Shown here one piece after another: positions 47,329 to 57,705 of a stretch of DNA of 64,000 nucleotides (its first letter is position 1; the number at the start of each line of letters is the position of its first letter). The notes under the pieces are model-generated. The model searched no databases. It saw nothing but the letters and a program-made list of their open reading frames with translations, and was not told the origin of the DNA. Source of the stretch: a bacterium (lineage in GTDB: Bacteria > Krumholzibacteriota > Krumholzibacteriia > G020349025); the NCBI GenBank assembly GCA_031362565.1, contig JANLSU010000067.1, positions 1 to 64,000 on the forward strand. Reading direction: 5' to 3'. The translations under genes and the position numbers were made by a program.

Positions 47329-47807
47329 CACGTCCGGCCGGCGGGGACGGCGCGCCGTTCCTCACCACCAAGCTCGAAGGCGCCATCGACTGGGCGCGCA
47401 AGAACTCGCTCTTTCCGATCCCGTTCGGGACCGCCTGCTGTGCGATCGAGTTCATGGGGGTCGTCGGACCGTCGTTCGACATCTCGCGCTTCGGCGCCGA
47501 GGTGGTGCGGTTCTCACCGCGCCAGGCCGATCTCATGATCGTCGCCGGCACCATCGTCTATAAAATGGCGCCGGTTCTGCGCAAGGTCTACGCGCAGATG
47601 GCCGATCCCAAGTGGGTCATTTCGATGGGTGTGTGCGCCAGTTCAGGCGGCTTCTATGACGACTACTGCACGTTGCAGGGCATCGACCAGATCATCCCGG
47701 TGGATATCTACGTGCCTGGGTGCCCGCCGACACCGGATCTCTTCCTCGACGGCTTGTTGAAACTGCAGCAAAAGATCGATCTCGATCGCCGTCTCAGGCT
47801 TGCCTGA
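47325..47807 (+). CDS. nuoB: NADH-quinone oxidoreductase subunit B
   Basis: [27 protein letters not shown]. Confidence 0.96.
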   Translation: MTRPAGGDGAPFLTTKLEGAIDWARKNSLFPIPFGTACCAIEFMGVVGPSFDISRFGAEVVRFSPRQADLMIVAGTIVYKMAPVLRKVYAQMADPKWVISMGVCASSGGFYDDYCTLQGIDQIIPVDIYVPGCPPTPDLFLDGLLKLQQKIDLDRRLRLA

Positions 47808-49557
47808 AAGGACGCTCGTGCCGGCTCTGGATCTCGAACGCGTCCGCGGGCTCGTCGGCGACGATTTCGTTGCGGACCGTTCCTCGCATGGCGACCATGC
47901 CTATGTCGTGCGCCCGGCCGGTGTGCGCCGGATCTTGACCGCGCTGCGCGACGACCCGGTGCTGCAGTTCGACATGCTGATGGACCTGACGGCCGCCGAT
48001 CGCAGCCTCTTGCCGCCCAAGGACCGCACCGAGCGTTACGAAGTCATCTACAACCTGTACTCGCTGTGGAACGGCTGGCGGCTGCGGCTTCTGGCGCCGG
48101 TTCCCGAATCCGACCCGACGCTGCCCAGTGTGCACGACCTGTGGAAGGCCGCCAACTGGGCCGAGCGCGAAGTCTGGGACATGTACGGGATTCGCTTTGC
48201 CGGCCACCCGAATCTCAAACGCATTCTCTGCCACCACGAATTCGTCGGCCATCCGCTCCGTAAGGACTACGACCGCACTCGCGGCCAGTGGTGCTCGGAA
48301 CTGGAGACCCTCGAAGACGAACTCGAGATGGCGCACACCGCCGAACGCCTGCGGGCCCACGAGTCGGGCGCCGATCCGGCGGAATCGGGGATCGGCGAAC
48401 GGATGATCCTCAACATCGGGCCCAGCCATCCGGTGACGCACGGCACGCTCCGGGTGCTCGTCGAACTCGAGGGCGAGATCATCAAGACCGCCATTCCGGA
48501 GATCGGCTACCTGCATCGCGGTTTCGAAAAATGTGCCGAAAAGGGCAGTTGGAACAACGTCATCCCGTATGCCAGCCGCCTGAACTACGTGTCGGCGCTC
48601 GCCAACGATGTCGCCTACGTGAAGGCGGTCGAGAAGCTGGCCGGCATCGAGGTGCCGGACCGCTGCAAGTACATCCGCGTCATCGTCACCGAGCTGGCGC
48701 GCATCATGGATCATTGCGTCTGCAACGGCGCCAACATCGTCGACTTGGGCGCCCTCACCAACTTTTGGTACCTGTTCAGCGCCCGCGAAAAGATCTACAC
48801 GATCGTCGAGAAGCTGACCGGCATCCGGCTCACGACCGCGTACACGCGGGTCGGCGGGCTGTCGCACGACTTGTACGACGGCTTTGCGGATGAATGCCGG
48901 GCCATGCTCAAGGAAATCGTCCCGTTCGTGACCGACGTTATCAAGCTCGTGAAGAAGAACCGCATCTTCATGGAGCGCACCGTCGGCATCGGCGCCATCA
49001 CTTCCGAGCAGGCGATCTCCTACGGCTGGACCGGACCGTGCCTGCGCGCCACCGGCGTGCCGCTCGACGCCCGCAAGCGCGACGGGTACTACTTCTACGA
49101 TACGTTCGATTTCGACGTGCCGGTGGGCGAGAACGGTGACAGCTACGACCGCATCATGGTGCGCTTCGAGGAGATCTTCCAGAGCATCCGCATCATCGAG
49201 CAGGCGCTCGACAAGTTGCCGGGCGGGCCGGTCAACACCGACAACAACAAGTTCTTCCTGCCGCCGAAACAGGAGTTGTACCGCGACATCGAGCCGCTCA
49301 TGAACCACTTCATGATCGTCATGTTCGGAACCCCGGTGCCGGCGGGCGAAACCTACGATTCGTTCGAGGTCACGAACGGCGAGCTGGGTTTCTATCTGAT
49401 CAGCGACGGCAAGGGCAAACCGTATCGCTTGCGGGTCCGCCCGCCGTGCTTCTACATCTATCAGGCGTACACGTCGATGATCGAAAACGGCATGTTGGCG
49501 GACATGGCGGCCATTCTCGGCAGCCTGAACATCGTGGCCGGGGAACTGGACCGCTAG
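47800..49557 (+). CDS. nuoCD: NADH-quinone oxidoreductase fused subunit C/D
   Basis: [13 protein letters not shown]...GHPLRKDY (C) followed in frame by [15 protein letters not shown] and GELDR (D). Start could be GTG 47818. Confidence 0.95.
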   Translation: MPERTLVPALDLERVRGLVGDDFVADRSSHGDHAYVVRPAGVRRILTALRDDPVLQFDMLMDLTAADRSLLPPKDRTERYEVIYNLYSLWNGWRLRLLAPVPESDPTLPSVHDLWKAANWAEREVWDMYGIRFAGHPNLKRILCHHEFVGHPLRKDYDRTRGQWCSELETLEDELEMAHTAERLRAHESGADPAESGIGERMILNIGPSHPVTHGTLRVLVELEGEIIKTAIPEIGYLHRGFEKCAEKGSWNNVIPYASRLNYVSALANDVAYVKAVEKLAGIEVPDRCKYIRVIVTELARIMDHCVCNGANIVDLGALTNFWYLFSAREKIYTIVEKLTGIRLTTAYTRVGGLSHDLYDGFADECRAMLKEIVPFVTDVIKLVKKNRIFMERTVGIGAITSEQAISYGWTGPCLRATGVPLDARKRDGYYFYDTFDFDVPVGENGDSYDRIMVRFEEIFQSIRIIEQALDKLPGGPVNTDNNKFFLPPKQELYRDIEPLMNHFMIVMFGTPVPAGETYDSFEVTNGELGFYLISDGKGKPYRLRVRPPCFYIYQAYTSMIENGMLADMAAILGSLNIVAGELDR

Positions 49558-49569
49558 AGGAGGCGCGCC

Positions 49570-50094
49570 GTGGAGTCCAAGGTGGAATTCCGTCCCGCGC
49601 CGCTGCGGGTGCCGGAGGGCGAGCCGTTCCGCTTGTCCGATGCGGCGCTTGCCGAGATCGAGCGCCTGGCGCCGCGCTACGCGACGCGTGCCGCGCTGCT
49701 CTTGCCGGCGCTCTGGATGGTGCAGCGCCAGCAGGGCTATATCTCGGAAGCCTCCATGCGCCATGTCGCCGCAGTCCTCGGCGTTTCGCCGGTCAAGGTC
49801 TACAGCGTCGTGACGTTCTATCACATGTACCACGAGAGCCCACCCGGGCGCTGGAACATCCAGGTGTGTCACAACCTGTCGTGTTCGCTCCTGGGTGCCG
49901 AAAAATTGCTCGACCTGCTGCATGCCAAGCTGGGCGTCGGCGAAGACGAGCCGACGGCCGATGGCCGTTTCATGATCCAACGGGTCGAATGCCTGGGCGC
50001 CTGCGAGCATGCGCCGGTCTGCCAGATCAACGACGACTTTGTGTTCGACGTGACGCCCAAAGATCTCGAGCGCAAGCTTGACGAATTGAAGTGA
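49570..50094 (+). CDS. nuoE: NADH-quinone oxidoreductase subunit E
   Basis: CHNLSC...ECLGAC 2Fe-2S ligands. Confidence 0.95.
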   Translation: MESKVEFRPAPLRVPEGEPFRLSDAALAEIERLAPRYATRAALLLPALWMVQRQQGYISEASMRHVAAVLGVSPVKVYSVVTFYHMYHESPPGRWNIQVCHNLSCSLLGAEKLLDLLHAKLGVGEDEPTADGRFMIQRVECLGACEHAPVCQINDDFVFDVTPKDLERKLDELK

Positions 50095-50101
50095 AGGACC
50101 G

Positions 50102-51382
50102 ATGGCCGACGTCATTCTGACAAGCCGCTTCGCGACCAAGGACTCGCACACGCTCGCGTCCTATGTGGCGGATGGCGGCTATGGCGCTGCCAAGAAGGCG
50201 CTCGCCATGACGCCCGAGCAAGTGCTGGAGGAGGTCAAGAAGTCGGGCCTGCGAGGCCGGGGCGGCGCCGGGTTCCCGACCGGCATGAAGTGGGGCTTCA
50301 TCCCCAAGTCCGACAAACCGGTCTACCTGTGCATCAACGCCGACGAGAGCGAGCCCGGGACCTTCAAGGACCGCTACCTGATGGACCTCGACCCGCACCT
50401 GCTGATCGAGGGCATCATCATCTCGTGCTGGGCGATCCGTTCGCACGATTGCTACATCTATATCCGCGGCGAGTACCACTCGACGTACGACGTCATGCAG
50501 AAGGCGCTCGACGAGGCGTATGCGGCGGGTTACCTCGGCGACGACGTCGCCGGCACAGGCTTCCGGTTGCACTGCACGATGCACAAGGGCGCCGGCGCCT
50601 ACATTTGCGGCGAGGAAACCGGCCTCATCGAGTCGCTGGAAGGCAAGAAGGGCGAGCCGCGCATCAAGCCGCCCTTTCCGGCCATCGTCGGCCTGTTCGG
50701 TTGCCCGACCATCGTCAACAACGTCGAAACCATCACCTGCGTGCCGTGGATCATCGAGCATGGCGGCGAGGCGTACGCCAAGATCGGCGTCGGCAAGAGC
50801 ACCGGCACCAAGCTCTGGTGCGTGAGCGGCCACGTCAAGAAGCCCGGGCTTCTCGAGCTGCCGCTCGGCCTACCGTTCAAGACCATGCTCGAGGAACATT
50901 GCGGCGGCATGCGTGACCCGAAGCGGCCGCTGAAGGCGGTCATCCCGGGCGGTTCTTCGGTGCCGGTGTTGACCGCCGCCGAGATGATGGACTGCAACTT
51001 GGATTACGAGTCGATCGCCGCCAAGGGTTCCATGCTGGGATCGGCCGGCATGATCGTCATCGAAGAGGGCACCTGCATGGTGTGGACGCTGGCGATTCTG
51101 ACCCGCTTCTACGCCGACGAATCGTGCGGCCAGTGCACGCCGTGCCGTGAGGGCACGAGCTGGGTGAACGACATCCTGTGGAGGATCGAGCGCGGCGGTG
51201 CGACGCCGAAGGACATCGACTTGCTGCACAATCTGTGCGACAACATGATGGGCAAGACGATTTGCGTGCTGGCCGATGCGTGCGTCATGCCGGTGCGCAG
51301 TTTCTTGGAGAAATTCGGCGCCGAATTCCAGGCCCACTTCGAGCACGGGAGTTGCCCGCAGGCGGAGCCGGTACACATCTGA
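50102..51382 (+). CDS. nuoF: NADH-quinone oxidoreductase subunit F
   Basis: GLRGRGGAGFPTG; NADESEPG; GAGAYICGEET; ESCGQCTPCREG. Confidence 0.97.
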   Translation: MADVILTSRFATKDSHTLASYVADGGYGAAKKALAMTPEQVLEEVKKSGLRGRGGAGFPTGMKWGFIPKSDKPVYLCINADESEPGTFKDRYLMDLDPHLLIEGIIISCWAIRSHDCYIYIRGEYHSTYDVMQKALDEAYAAGYLGDDVAGTGFRLHCTMHKGAGAYICGEETGLIESLEGKKGEPRIKPPFPAIVGLFGCPTIVNNVETITCVPWIIEHGGEAYAKIGVGKSTGTKLWCVSGHVKKPGLLELPLGLPFKTMLEEHCGGMRDPKRPLKAVIPGGSSVPVLTAAEMMDCNLDYESIAAKGSMLGSAGMIVIEEGTCMVWTLAILTRFYADESCGQCTPCREGTSWVNDILWRIERGGATPKDIDLLHNLCDNMMGKTICVLADACVMPVRSFLEKFGAEFQAHFEHGSCPQAEPVHI

Positions 51383-51456
51383 ACGAGGCGAACGATGGGC
51401 CGGGGCTCCGAACGGGCCTTGCCCGCAGCACATCACTGAACACGAAGACGAGCGCG

Positions 51457-53064
51457 ATGCCCAAGATCACCATCGACGACCGCGAGGTCGAGGCCCGGGA
51501 CGGCGAGAACCTCATCGATGCGGCAGCACGCATCGGGGTCAACATCCCGCATTTCTGCTACCACCCCGGACTGAGCGTGGCGGGCAACTGCCGCCAGTGC
51601 CTGGTGGAGCTCGACGGTAATGCCAAGCCGCAGATTGCCTGCAATTTGCCGCTCAAAGACGGCATGAAGATCCGTTGCACGACGCCGGCCATCCAGGAGG
51701 CCCGGCGCGGCGTGCTCGAGTTCCTGCTGCTCAACCATCCCATTGATTGCCCGGTGTGCGACCAAGCGGGCGAGTGCCGCCTGCAGGAGTACTACATGGG
51801 GCACGGGCTGTACGACGCCCGGCGCAACGTCGACAAGGTGCACAAGCCCAAGGTCGTCGATCTGGGGCCCTTGGTCGTACTCGACGCCGAACGCTGTGTC
51901 CTGTGCACGCGCTGCGTGCGTTTCTGCCAAGAGGTCGCCGGCACCGAAGAGTTGTACGTCAAGGAACGCGGCCATCACGCCGAAATCGTCACCTTCCCGG
52001 GCATGCAACTCGACAATCCGTACTCGGGCAATGTCATCGATGTCTGCCCGGTGGGGGCGCTTTTGAACCGCCAGTTCCGGTTCCAGAGCCGCGTCTGGTG
52101 GCTCAAGCAAGCCGACAATGTGTGCTCGAGCTGTGCGCGCGGTTGCAACATCCGCGTCGACCATCACTGGAACAAGGTGCAGCGGCTCGTGCCGCGCCCG
52201 AATCCCGACGTCAACAAGTACTGGATGTGCGATCGCGGCCGAATGAACTTCCAGTCCTACAACGACAACCGCCTGGTGGATGCGCGCGTCGGGGCCCAAG
52301 ACAGTACGCTTCGGGACGCCATCGACACGCTCTGCACGCGCTTGACCGCCGCCGCGGGCGAGGTGGCCGTGTTGCTGTCGCCCAAACTCGCCAACGAGGA
52401 ACTGCTGGTCATGCGCCGGTTGTTCGGCGACCTCTTGCGGGTCAAGGTGCTGGGTGCGGGTTCACTGGAACCGGACCAGCCCGAGGACGACATTCTGCGC
52501 CGCGCGGATCCGCATCCGAATTCGTTCGCGGTGCAGATGCTCGGGCTGCAAGGCGATGTCCGAAAGATCGTTCGCGAGTCGCAAGCGCGCGTTCTGGTCA
52601 TCGTCGGCGACGATCCTCTTGGCTGGGATCCGTCCTTGGCCGAGACGTTCGCACGCTACGAAACGGTCGCCGCCCTGCTCACGAATTCGAACGCGACCGC
52701 CGCGGCCGTCGACGCCGCGGGTGGCATTCTGATACCACTCGCCACCCACTTCGAGTTCGCGGGTTCGTTCACCAACTTCGAGGGACGCGTGCAGGCCTTC
52801 GAACCGGCCTTGGCATCGCCCGGTTCGGCGATGGCCGCCTCCGATCTCGGTATCGAACTCGCACACACCCTGGGTCTGGCCTTCTGGCCGCGCACCGAAC
52901 ACCCGGCGCTCGTTCTCGAAGCCATCTGGTCGGAACTCTTGCCCGCCGGCGTCGCCCTCGCAGCTCCCGGCTGGGGCCAGGTGCCGCAAGACGAACTCGT
53001 TGCTACACCGCGGCCGACCGCGCAGTCGACCACCAAGGGCTACACGCCCAGTGGGACGGTGTGA
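51457..53064 (+). CDS. nuoG: NADH-quinone oxidoreductase subunit G (short form)
   Basis: PHFCYH; GNCRQC; HPIDCPVCDQAGEC; RCVLCTRC; CPVGAL; CSSCARGC...C. Confidence 0.93.
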   Translation: MPKITIDDREVEARDGENLIDAAARIGVNIPHFCYHPGLSVAGNCRQCLVELDGNAKPQIACNLPLKDGMKIRCTTPAIQEARRGVLEFLLLNHPIDCPVCDQAGECRLQEYYMGHGLYDARRNVDKVHKPKVVDLGPLVVLDAERCVLCTRCVRFCQEVAGTEELYVKERGHHAEIVTFPGMQLDNPYSGNVIDVCPVGALLNRQFRFQSRVWWLKQADNVCSSCARGCNIRVDHHWNKVQRLVPRPNPDVNKYWMCDRGRMNFQSYNDNRLVDARVGAQDSTLRDAIDTLCTRLTAAAGEVAVLLSPKLANEELLVMRRLFGDLLRVKVLGAGSLEPDQPEDDILRRADPHPNSFAVQMLGLQGDVRKIVRESQARVLVIVGDDPLGWDPSLAETFARYETVAALLTNSNATAAAVDAAGGILIPLATHFEFAGSFTNFEGRVQAFEPALASPGSAMAASDLGIELAHTLGLAFWPRTEHPALVLEAIWSELLPAGVALAAPGWGQVPQDELVATPRPTAQSTTKGYTPSGTV

Positions 53065-53065
53065 C

Positions 53066-54364
53066 GTGGATCTCGATTCGTTCTGGGGGGTGCAACTGGG
53101 GCGCGTGGTGCTCATGTGGCTTCTGCCGCTCTTGCTGTTGCCGCTCATGATCTGGTTCGAGCGCAAGGCGAGCGCCTTCATGCAGGATCGCACCGGTCCG
53201 AATCGCGCCGCCATCGCCGGCGTCCGCCTGGGCGGCATCATCCACACCATGGCCGACGTGCTCAAACTGCTCAGCAAAGAGGACATCCGGCCGGTGAACG
53301 TCAACGGGTTCTATTTTGCCCTCGCACCGCTCATCGCCATCGTCGTGTCGCAGTTGCTGTTCGTCGTCGTGCCGTTCGGCGACGCGATCGACGTCGGCGG
53401 CCAGACGATTTCGCTGCAAGCCTTGCATCTCGACATCGGCATCCTGTACCCGCTCGCGGTGGGTTCGGTGTATGTGTACTCCATCGTCTTGGCCGGCTGG
53501 GCTTCGAACAACAAGTACGGCATCTTGGGCGGGTTGCGGGCGGCAGCGCAGGTCGTGAGCTACGAAGTCGCGCTCGGGTTGTCGATCGTCGGCGCGCTCA
53601 TGGTGTACGGCACGACCGACTTGAACGAAATGGTGCGCTACCAGGGCGGCCTGCTGTTCGGATTCCTGCCGCGCTGGGGCATTTTCCTGCAGCCGATCGG
53701 GGCCCTGCTCTTCCTCGTCGCGGCGTTCGCCGAAACCAACCGCACGCCGTTCGACTTGCCGGAGCGCGACGCCGAACTGGTCGCCGGCTTCCACACCGAG
53801 TATTCCGCCATGCGCTTCGCGTCCTTCTTCATGGCCGAGTACATCCATATCATCGTTGCTTCAGGGCTCGTCGTGACGCTCTTCTTCGGCGGCTGGCAGA
53901 TCCCGTGGCTCTCGACCGAAACCTTGCGCGCCAATGCCGGTATCGTTCTCGACGTCATGCTGGGCGGCTTGGTCGTGGTGGGCTTCGGTTCCGCGGCGCT
54001 CGCGATGCGTTGGTCACCGTCCCTTATGCGGCAGTTCCAGGATTTGCGCCGCCATGAGGGTAAGGTGCTGGCGACACTGTTCGGCGGCCTTGGCGCCCTC
54101 GGGTTGCTCGGCTTAGGGCTCGTGCACACCCAAGTCGGCGTGCTGCCGGACTGGGCGGCGAGCGCGCTGGCTGCACTGGCGCAATTCAGTGCCTTTACCG
54201 CCAAGACCATGCTCTTCGCGTTCGGGTTCATCTGGGTGCGCTGGACGCTCCCCAGCTTCCGCTACGACCAGCTCATGCGGCTCGGCTGGAAGAACATGAT
54301 GCCCGTGGCTCTCGTGAATGTCGCCTTGACCGGCCTGGTACTGCTCGCAGTGGGAGGCCGCTGA
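53066..54364 (+). CDS. nuoH: NADH-quinone oxidoreductase subunit H
   Basis: ERKASAFMQDRTGPNR; AETNRTPFDL; EYS; RYDQLMRLGWK. Confidence 0.95.
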   Translation: MDLDSFWGVQLGRVVLMWLLPLLLLPLMIWFERKASAFMQDRTGPNRAAIAGVRLGGIIHTMADVLKLLSKEDIRPVNVNGFYFALAPLIAIVVSQLLFVVVPFGDAIDVGGQTISLQALHLDIGILYPLAVGSVYVYSIVLAGWASNNKYGILGGLRAAAQVVSYEVALGLSIVGALMVYGTTDLNEMVRYQGGLLFGFLPRWGIFLQPIGALLFLVAAFAETNRTPFDLPERDAELVAGFHTEYSAMRFASFFMAEYIHIIVASGLVVTLFFGGWQIPWLSTETLRANAGIVLDVMLGGLVVVGFGSAALAMRWSPSLMRQFQDLRRHEGKVLATLFGGLGALGLLGLGLVHTQVGVLPDWAASALAALAQFSAFTAKTMLFAFGFIWVRWTLPSFRYDQLMRLGWKNMMPVALVNVALTGLVLLAVGGR

Positions 54365-54888
54365 TGGCCATCGATCGGGCCGATCTGTACACGCGTTTGG
54401 GCGTCAAACCGGAAGAGGTCACGGTCGTCCGGCCGGAGCCCAGCATCCTCACGCGCCTGTACATCTTCGAGATCATCAAGGGCATGGGCATCACCATGCG
54501 CCACATGCTCTACAACATGTTCCATCAAGGGCAGATGCCGACGCTGCAGTTTCCGGAACTGCGGCGCACCCTGCCGCCGCGCTTCCGCGGCCGGCACCGG
54601 CTGATGAAGAAGGAAGACGGCACGCCGCGCTGTGTGGCCTGCATGATGTGCCCGACGGCCTGCCCGGCGGATTGCATCCATATCGAGGCGGCCGACAGTC
54701 CGGATCCGCGGGTCGAAAAGATTCCGGTGCGGTTCGAGATCGATCTCATGCGGTGCATCTTCTGCGGTTACTGCGTCGAGGCGTGCCCCAAGGACGCCAT
54801 CCGCATGGACACCGGGCTCTTTACCGACATGGCGGCGACGCGGCGCGAAGATTTCGTTTTGACGATGGACAAAATGCTGTCCGAGTGA
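54364..54888 (+). CDS. nuoI: NADH-quinone oxidoreductase subunit I
   Basis: CVACMMCPTACP and CIFCGYCVEACP. Confidence 0.95.
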   Translation: MAIDRADLYTRLGVKPEEVTVVRPEPSILTRLYIFEIIKGMGITMRHMLYNMFHQGQMPTLQFPELRRTLPPRFRGRHRLMKKEDGTPRCVACMMCPTACPADCIHIEAADSPDPRVEKIPVRFEIDLMRCIFCGYCVEACPKDAIRMDTGLFTDMAATRREDFVLTMDKMLSE

Positions 54889-55397
54889 CGAAGCGAGGGG
54901 CCTTGGAACGCGTGCTGTTCTATCTGTTCGGCGGGCTCGCCGTACTGTCGAGTCTCTCGATGGTGACGCGGCGCAATCCGCTCGGCAGTGCCCTGTCGCT
55001 CGTCGTGGCATTCCTGTCGCTGGCGGCGCTCTACGCCGTGCTCAAGGCGCATCTCCTGTTCGCGATTCAACTCTGGGTGTACGCCGGCGCGGTCATGGTG
55101 CTGGTGCTCTTCGTCATCATGCTGCTCAACTTGCGGGAAAGCGAATCGCGCCCGCAGCCGCTCGGGTTCGGGCGCTTCGCGATCGCCACCGTAGCGGTGG
55201 CCGGCGTGGGTTGGAAGGCGCTGTCGGTATTCGCCGAACAGACCGGTGACGCGGTCACGGTCGACGACAGCTTCGGCACCGTAGCCGGGGTGGGCGAAGT
55301 GCTGTTCACCCGCTGGGTGTTGCAGTTCGAGGTCGTGTCGATCCTGCTCTTGGCAGTGATCGTGGCCGTCGTGGTGCTCGTCAAACGGCGCGCCTGA
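54885..55397 (+). CDS. nuoJ: NADH-quinone oxidoreductase subunit J
   Basis: [25 protein letters not shown]. Start is GTG 54885 or TTG 54903. Confidence 0.93.
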   Translation: MTKRGALERVLFYLFGGLAVLSSLSMVTRRNPLGSALSLVVAFLSLAALYAVLKAHLLFAIQLWVYAGAVMVLVLFVIMLLNLRESESRPQPLGFGRFAIATVAVAGVGWKALSVFAEQTGDAVTVDDSFGTVAGVGEVLFTRWVLQFEVVSILLLAVIVAVVVLVKRRA

Positions 55398-55404
55398 GGG
55401 AGCA

Positions 55405-55710
55405 GTGATGGTCGGACTCAACGAATGGCTCATCCTGAGCGGCATCCTGTTCCTGATCGGGGCCGTGGGTGTGCTGACGCGTAGCAACGGGCTCATTCTG
55501 TTCATGTCGCTGGAACTCATGCTGAACGCGGTGAACTTGAGCTTTGTCGCCTTTTCGCGTTTCACCGGCCGCATGGACGGACAGGTGTTCGTGTTCCTGG
55601 TGACGGCCGTCGCGGCCTCCGAGGCGGCGATCGGACTGGCGATTTTCGTGAATCTGTTCCGCCTGCAAAAATCGGTCGACGTGGATCAGTTGAACTCGAT
55701 GGGGGACTAG
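55405..55710 (+). CDS. nuoK: NADH-quinone oxidoreductase subunit K
   Basis: [22 protein letters not shown]. Confidence 0.95.
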   Translation: MMVGLNEWLILSGILFLIGAVGVLTRSNGLILFMSLELMLNAVNLSFVAFSRFTGRMDGQVFVFLVTAVAASEAAIGLAIFVNLFRLQKSVDVDQLNSMGD

Positions 55711-57690
55711 GTGGAGTCCGGGCTCCTGTGGCTCATTCCGGCGGCGCCGCTCGCCGCCTTCGTGGTGAACGGCAGCGTGTCGCTGGCGACGTCGCGCCCG
55801 GGACGGCACGCGCCCCACGGGCTCGTGCACGCCGTCGCGTGTCTGGGACCCGGCATCGCGTTCTTGGTGTCGGTGTGGACTTTCTGGCAGTTGCACGGCA
55901 TGCCCGAAGGCTCGCGGGTCTTGACCCAGCACGTCTACGAGTGGATTTCGTCCGGCAGCCTGCAGATCGATGTCGCCTTCCGGATCGACCCCTTGTCGGG
56001 GTTGATGCTGCTCTTCGTGACCGGCGTCGGGACGCTCATTCACATCTACTCGACGAGTTACATGCACGAAGAGCGCGGCTTCGCGCGCTACTTCACGTAT
56101 CTCAACTTGTTCATGTTCGCGATGCTGATCCTCGTCCTGGCCGACAGCCTGCCGCTCCTCTTCGTGGGTTGGGAAGGCGTCGGGCTCTGTTCGTACTTGC
56201 TCATCGGCTATTGGTACGACGATCCCGAGAAGGCGTCGGCCGGCAAGAAGGCCTTCGTCTTCAACCGCATCGGTGACTTCGGCGTGCTGCTCGCCATGTT
56301 CCTCATTTTCTGGACGCTGTCACGCGCCGGCGCTCCGAGCCTGCGCTTCGAGGACATTCGCGCCCACTTGGACGCTTTCTCCCCCGGTGTTGCGACCGCG
56401 GTGTGTTTGCTGCTCTTCCTGGGCGCGACGGGGAAATCGGCGCAGATTCCGCTCTTCGTGTGGCTGCCGGACGCCATGGCGGGCCCGACACCGGTCTCGG
56501 CGCTCATTCATGCCGCCACCATGGTGACGGCCGGCGTCTATCTCGTGGCGCGGCTCGGCTTCTTGTACGCGCTGGCGCCGATGGCGCTCTCGATCGTGGC
56601 CCTGGTCGGCGCCACGACGGCGGTCGTGGCGGCATCCATTGGTGTGGCGCAGAACGACTTCAAGAAGGTGCTGGCTTACTCGACCGTGAGCCAGCTGGGC
56701 TACATGTTCGTGGGCGTCGGCGTCGGCGCCTACGGCGCCGGTATTTTCCACGTCTTTACCCACGCCTTCTTCAAGGCCTGCTTGTTCCTGGGTTCGGGTT
56801 CGGTCATTCACGCTCTGCACGGTGAACAGGACATTCGCAACATGGGTGGCCTGCGCAAGGTCATGCCGGTCACCTTCTGGACCTTCTTGATCGCGACCTT
56901 GGCGCTCGCCGGCATTCCGCCGCTCGCCGGTTTCTTCAGCAAGGACGCCATCCTGTGGGAAGCGCTATCGCGCCCCAACGTGGTGTGGCCGTGGCTGCCG
57001 AAACTGCTCTGGGCGATGTTGCTCTTGGGAGCGTTCCTGACTGCGTTCTATATGTGGCGTTTGGTGGCGCTGGCTTTCTTCGGCACGTTCCGCGGCACCA
57101 AGGAAAAACTGCATCACGCCCACGAGTCCCCATGGCCGATGGCGATGCCGCTCGTCGTCCTGGCGGCCTGCAGCGTCATCGTTGGATTCTTCGGGGTGCC
57201 GGGGTTCCTGGGCGGTTCGAATGCCATCGATCACTGGCTCGAACCGGCCTTTGTGGCTGAAGGCCATACTGCCGTTGCCGCCGTGGCGGAACACGCGGCG
57301 CATTCCGCCGCCGCCGAGTGGGGTGCGACCGGCGTCGCGATGCTGATGGGGCTCTTGGGGATCGGACTCGGGCACTTGCTCTACGTGCGGCGGCCCGAAC
57401 TCGCGACCCAATTGGCGGCGCGCTTCAGCGGCCTGCGCCGGGTGCTGGCCGCCAAGTACTACGTCGACGAAGCGTACGACGCCGTGGTCGTCCGCCCGGT
57501 GCGCATGCTGTCCGACCGGGTGCTGTGGCGCATCTTCGACGTGCGGATCATCGACGGCATCGTCAACCTTCTCGGCGGGCTCACCAAGGCCTTCTCGTAC
57601 GTGTTCCGGTTCTTCCAGAGCGGCTACGTGCAGACCTACGTCTTCGTCGTGGTCTTGGGCGTGCTCGTCCTGCTCTGGCGCGTGAAGTGA
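55711..57690 (+). CDS. nuoL: NADH-quinone oxidoreductase subunit L
   Basis: GWEGVG; GKSAQIPLFVWLPDAMAGPTPVSALIHAATMV; THAFFKA. Confidence 0.96.
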   Translation: MESGLLWLIPAAPLAAFVVNGSVSLATSRPGRHAPHGLVHAVACLGPGIAFLVSVWTFWQLHGMPEGSRVLTQHVYEWISSGSLQIDVAFRIDPLSGLMLLFVTGVGTLIHIYSTSYMHEERGFARYFTYLNLFMFAMLILVLADSLPLLFVGWEGVGLCSYLLIGYWYDDPEKASAGKKAFVFNRIGDFGVLLAMFLIFWTLSRAGAPSLRFEDIRAHLDAFSPGVATAVCLLLFLGATGKSAQIPLFVWLPDAMAGPTPVSALIHAATMVTAGVYLVARLGFLYALAPMALSIVALVGATTAVVAASIGVAQNDFKKVLAYSTVSQLGYMFVGVGVGAYGAGIFHVFTHAFFKACLFLGSGSVIHALHGEQDIRNMGGLRKVMPVTFWTFLIATLALAGIPPLAGFFSKDAILWEALSRPNVVWPWLPKLLWAMLLLGAFLTAFYMWRLVALAFFGTFRGTKEKLHHAHESPWPMAMPLVVLAACSVIVGFFGVPGFLGGSNAIDHWLEPAFVAEGHTAVAAVAEHAAHSAAAEWGATGVAMLMGLLGIGLGHLLYVRRPELATQLAARFSGLRRVLAAKYYVDEAYDAVVVRPVRMLSDRVLWRIFDVRIIDGIVNLLGGLTKAFSYVFRFFQSGYVQTYVFVVVLGVLVLLWRVK

Positions 57691-57705
57691 AATAAGGGAG
57701 CGTTC

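Noticed and set aside
47794..50151. Long antisense ORFs (785 aa here; also 3242-5404, 32618-34564, 43454-45115, 59109-60920 and others)
   Set aside because: Shadow frames of high-GC genes, with no motifs and fully overlapping well-supported genes.
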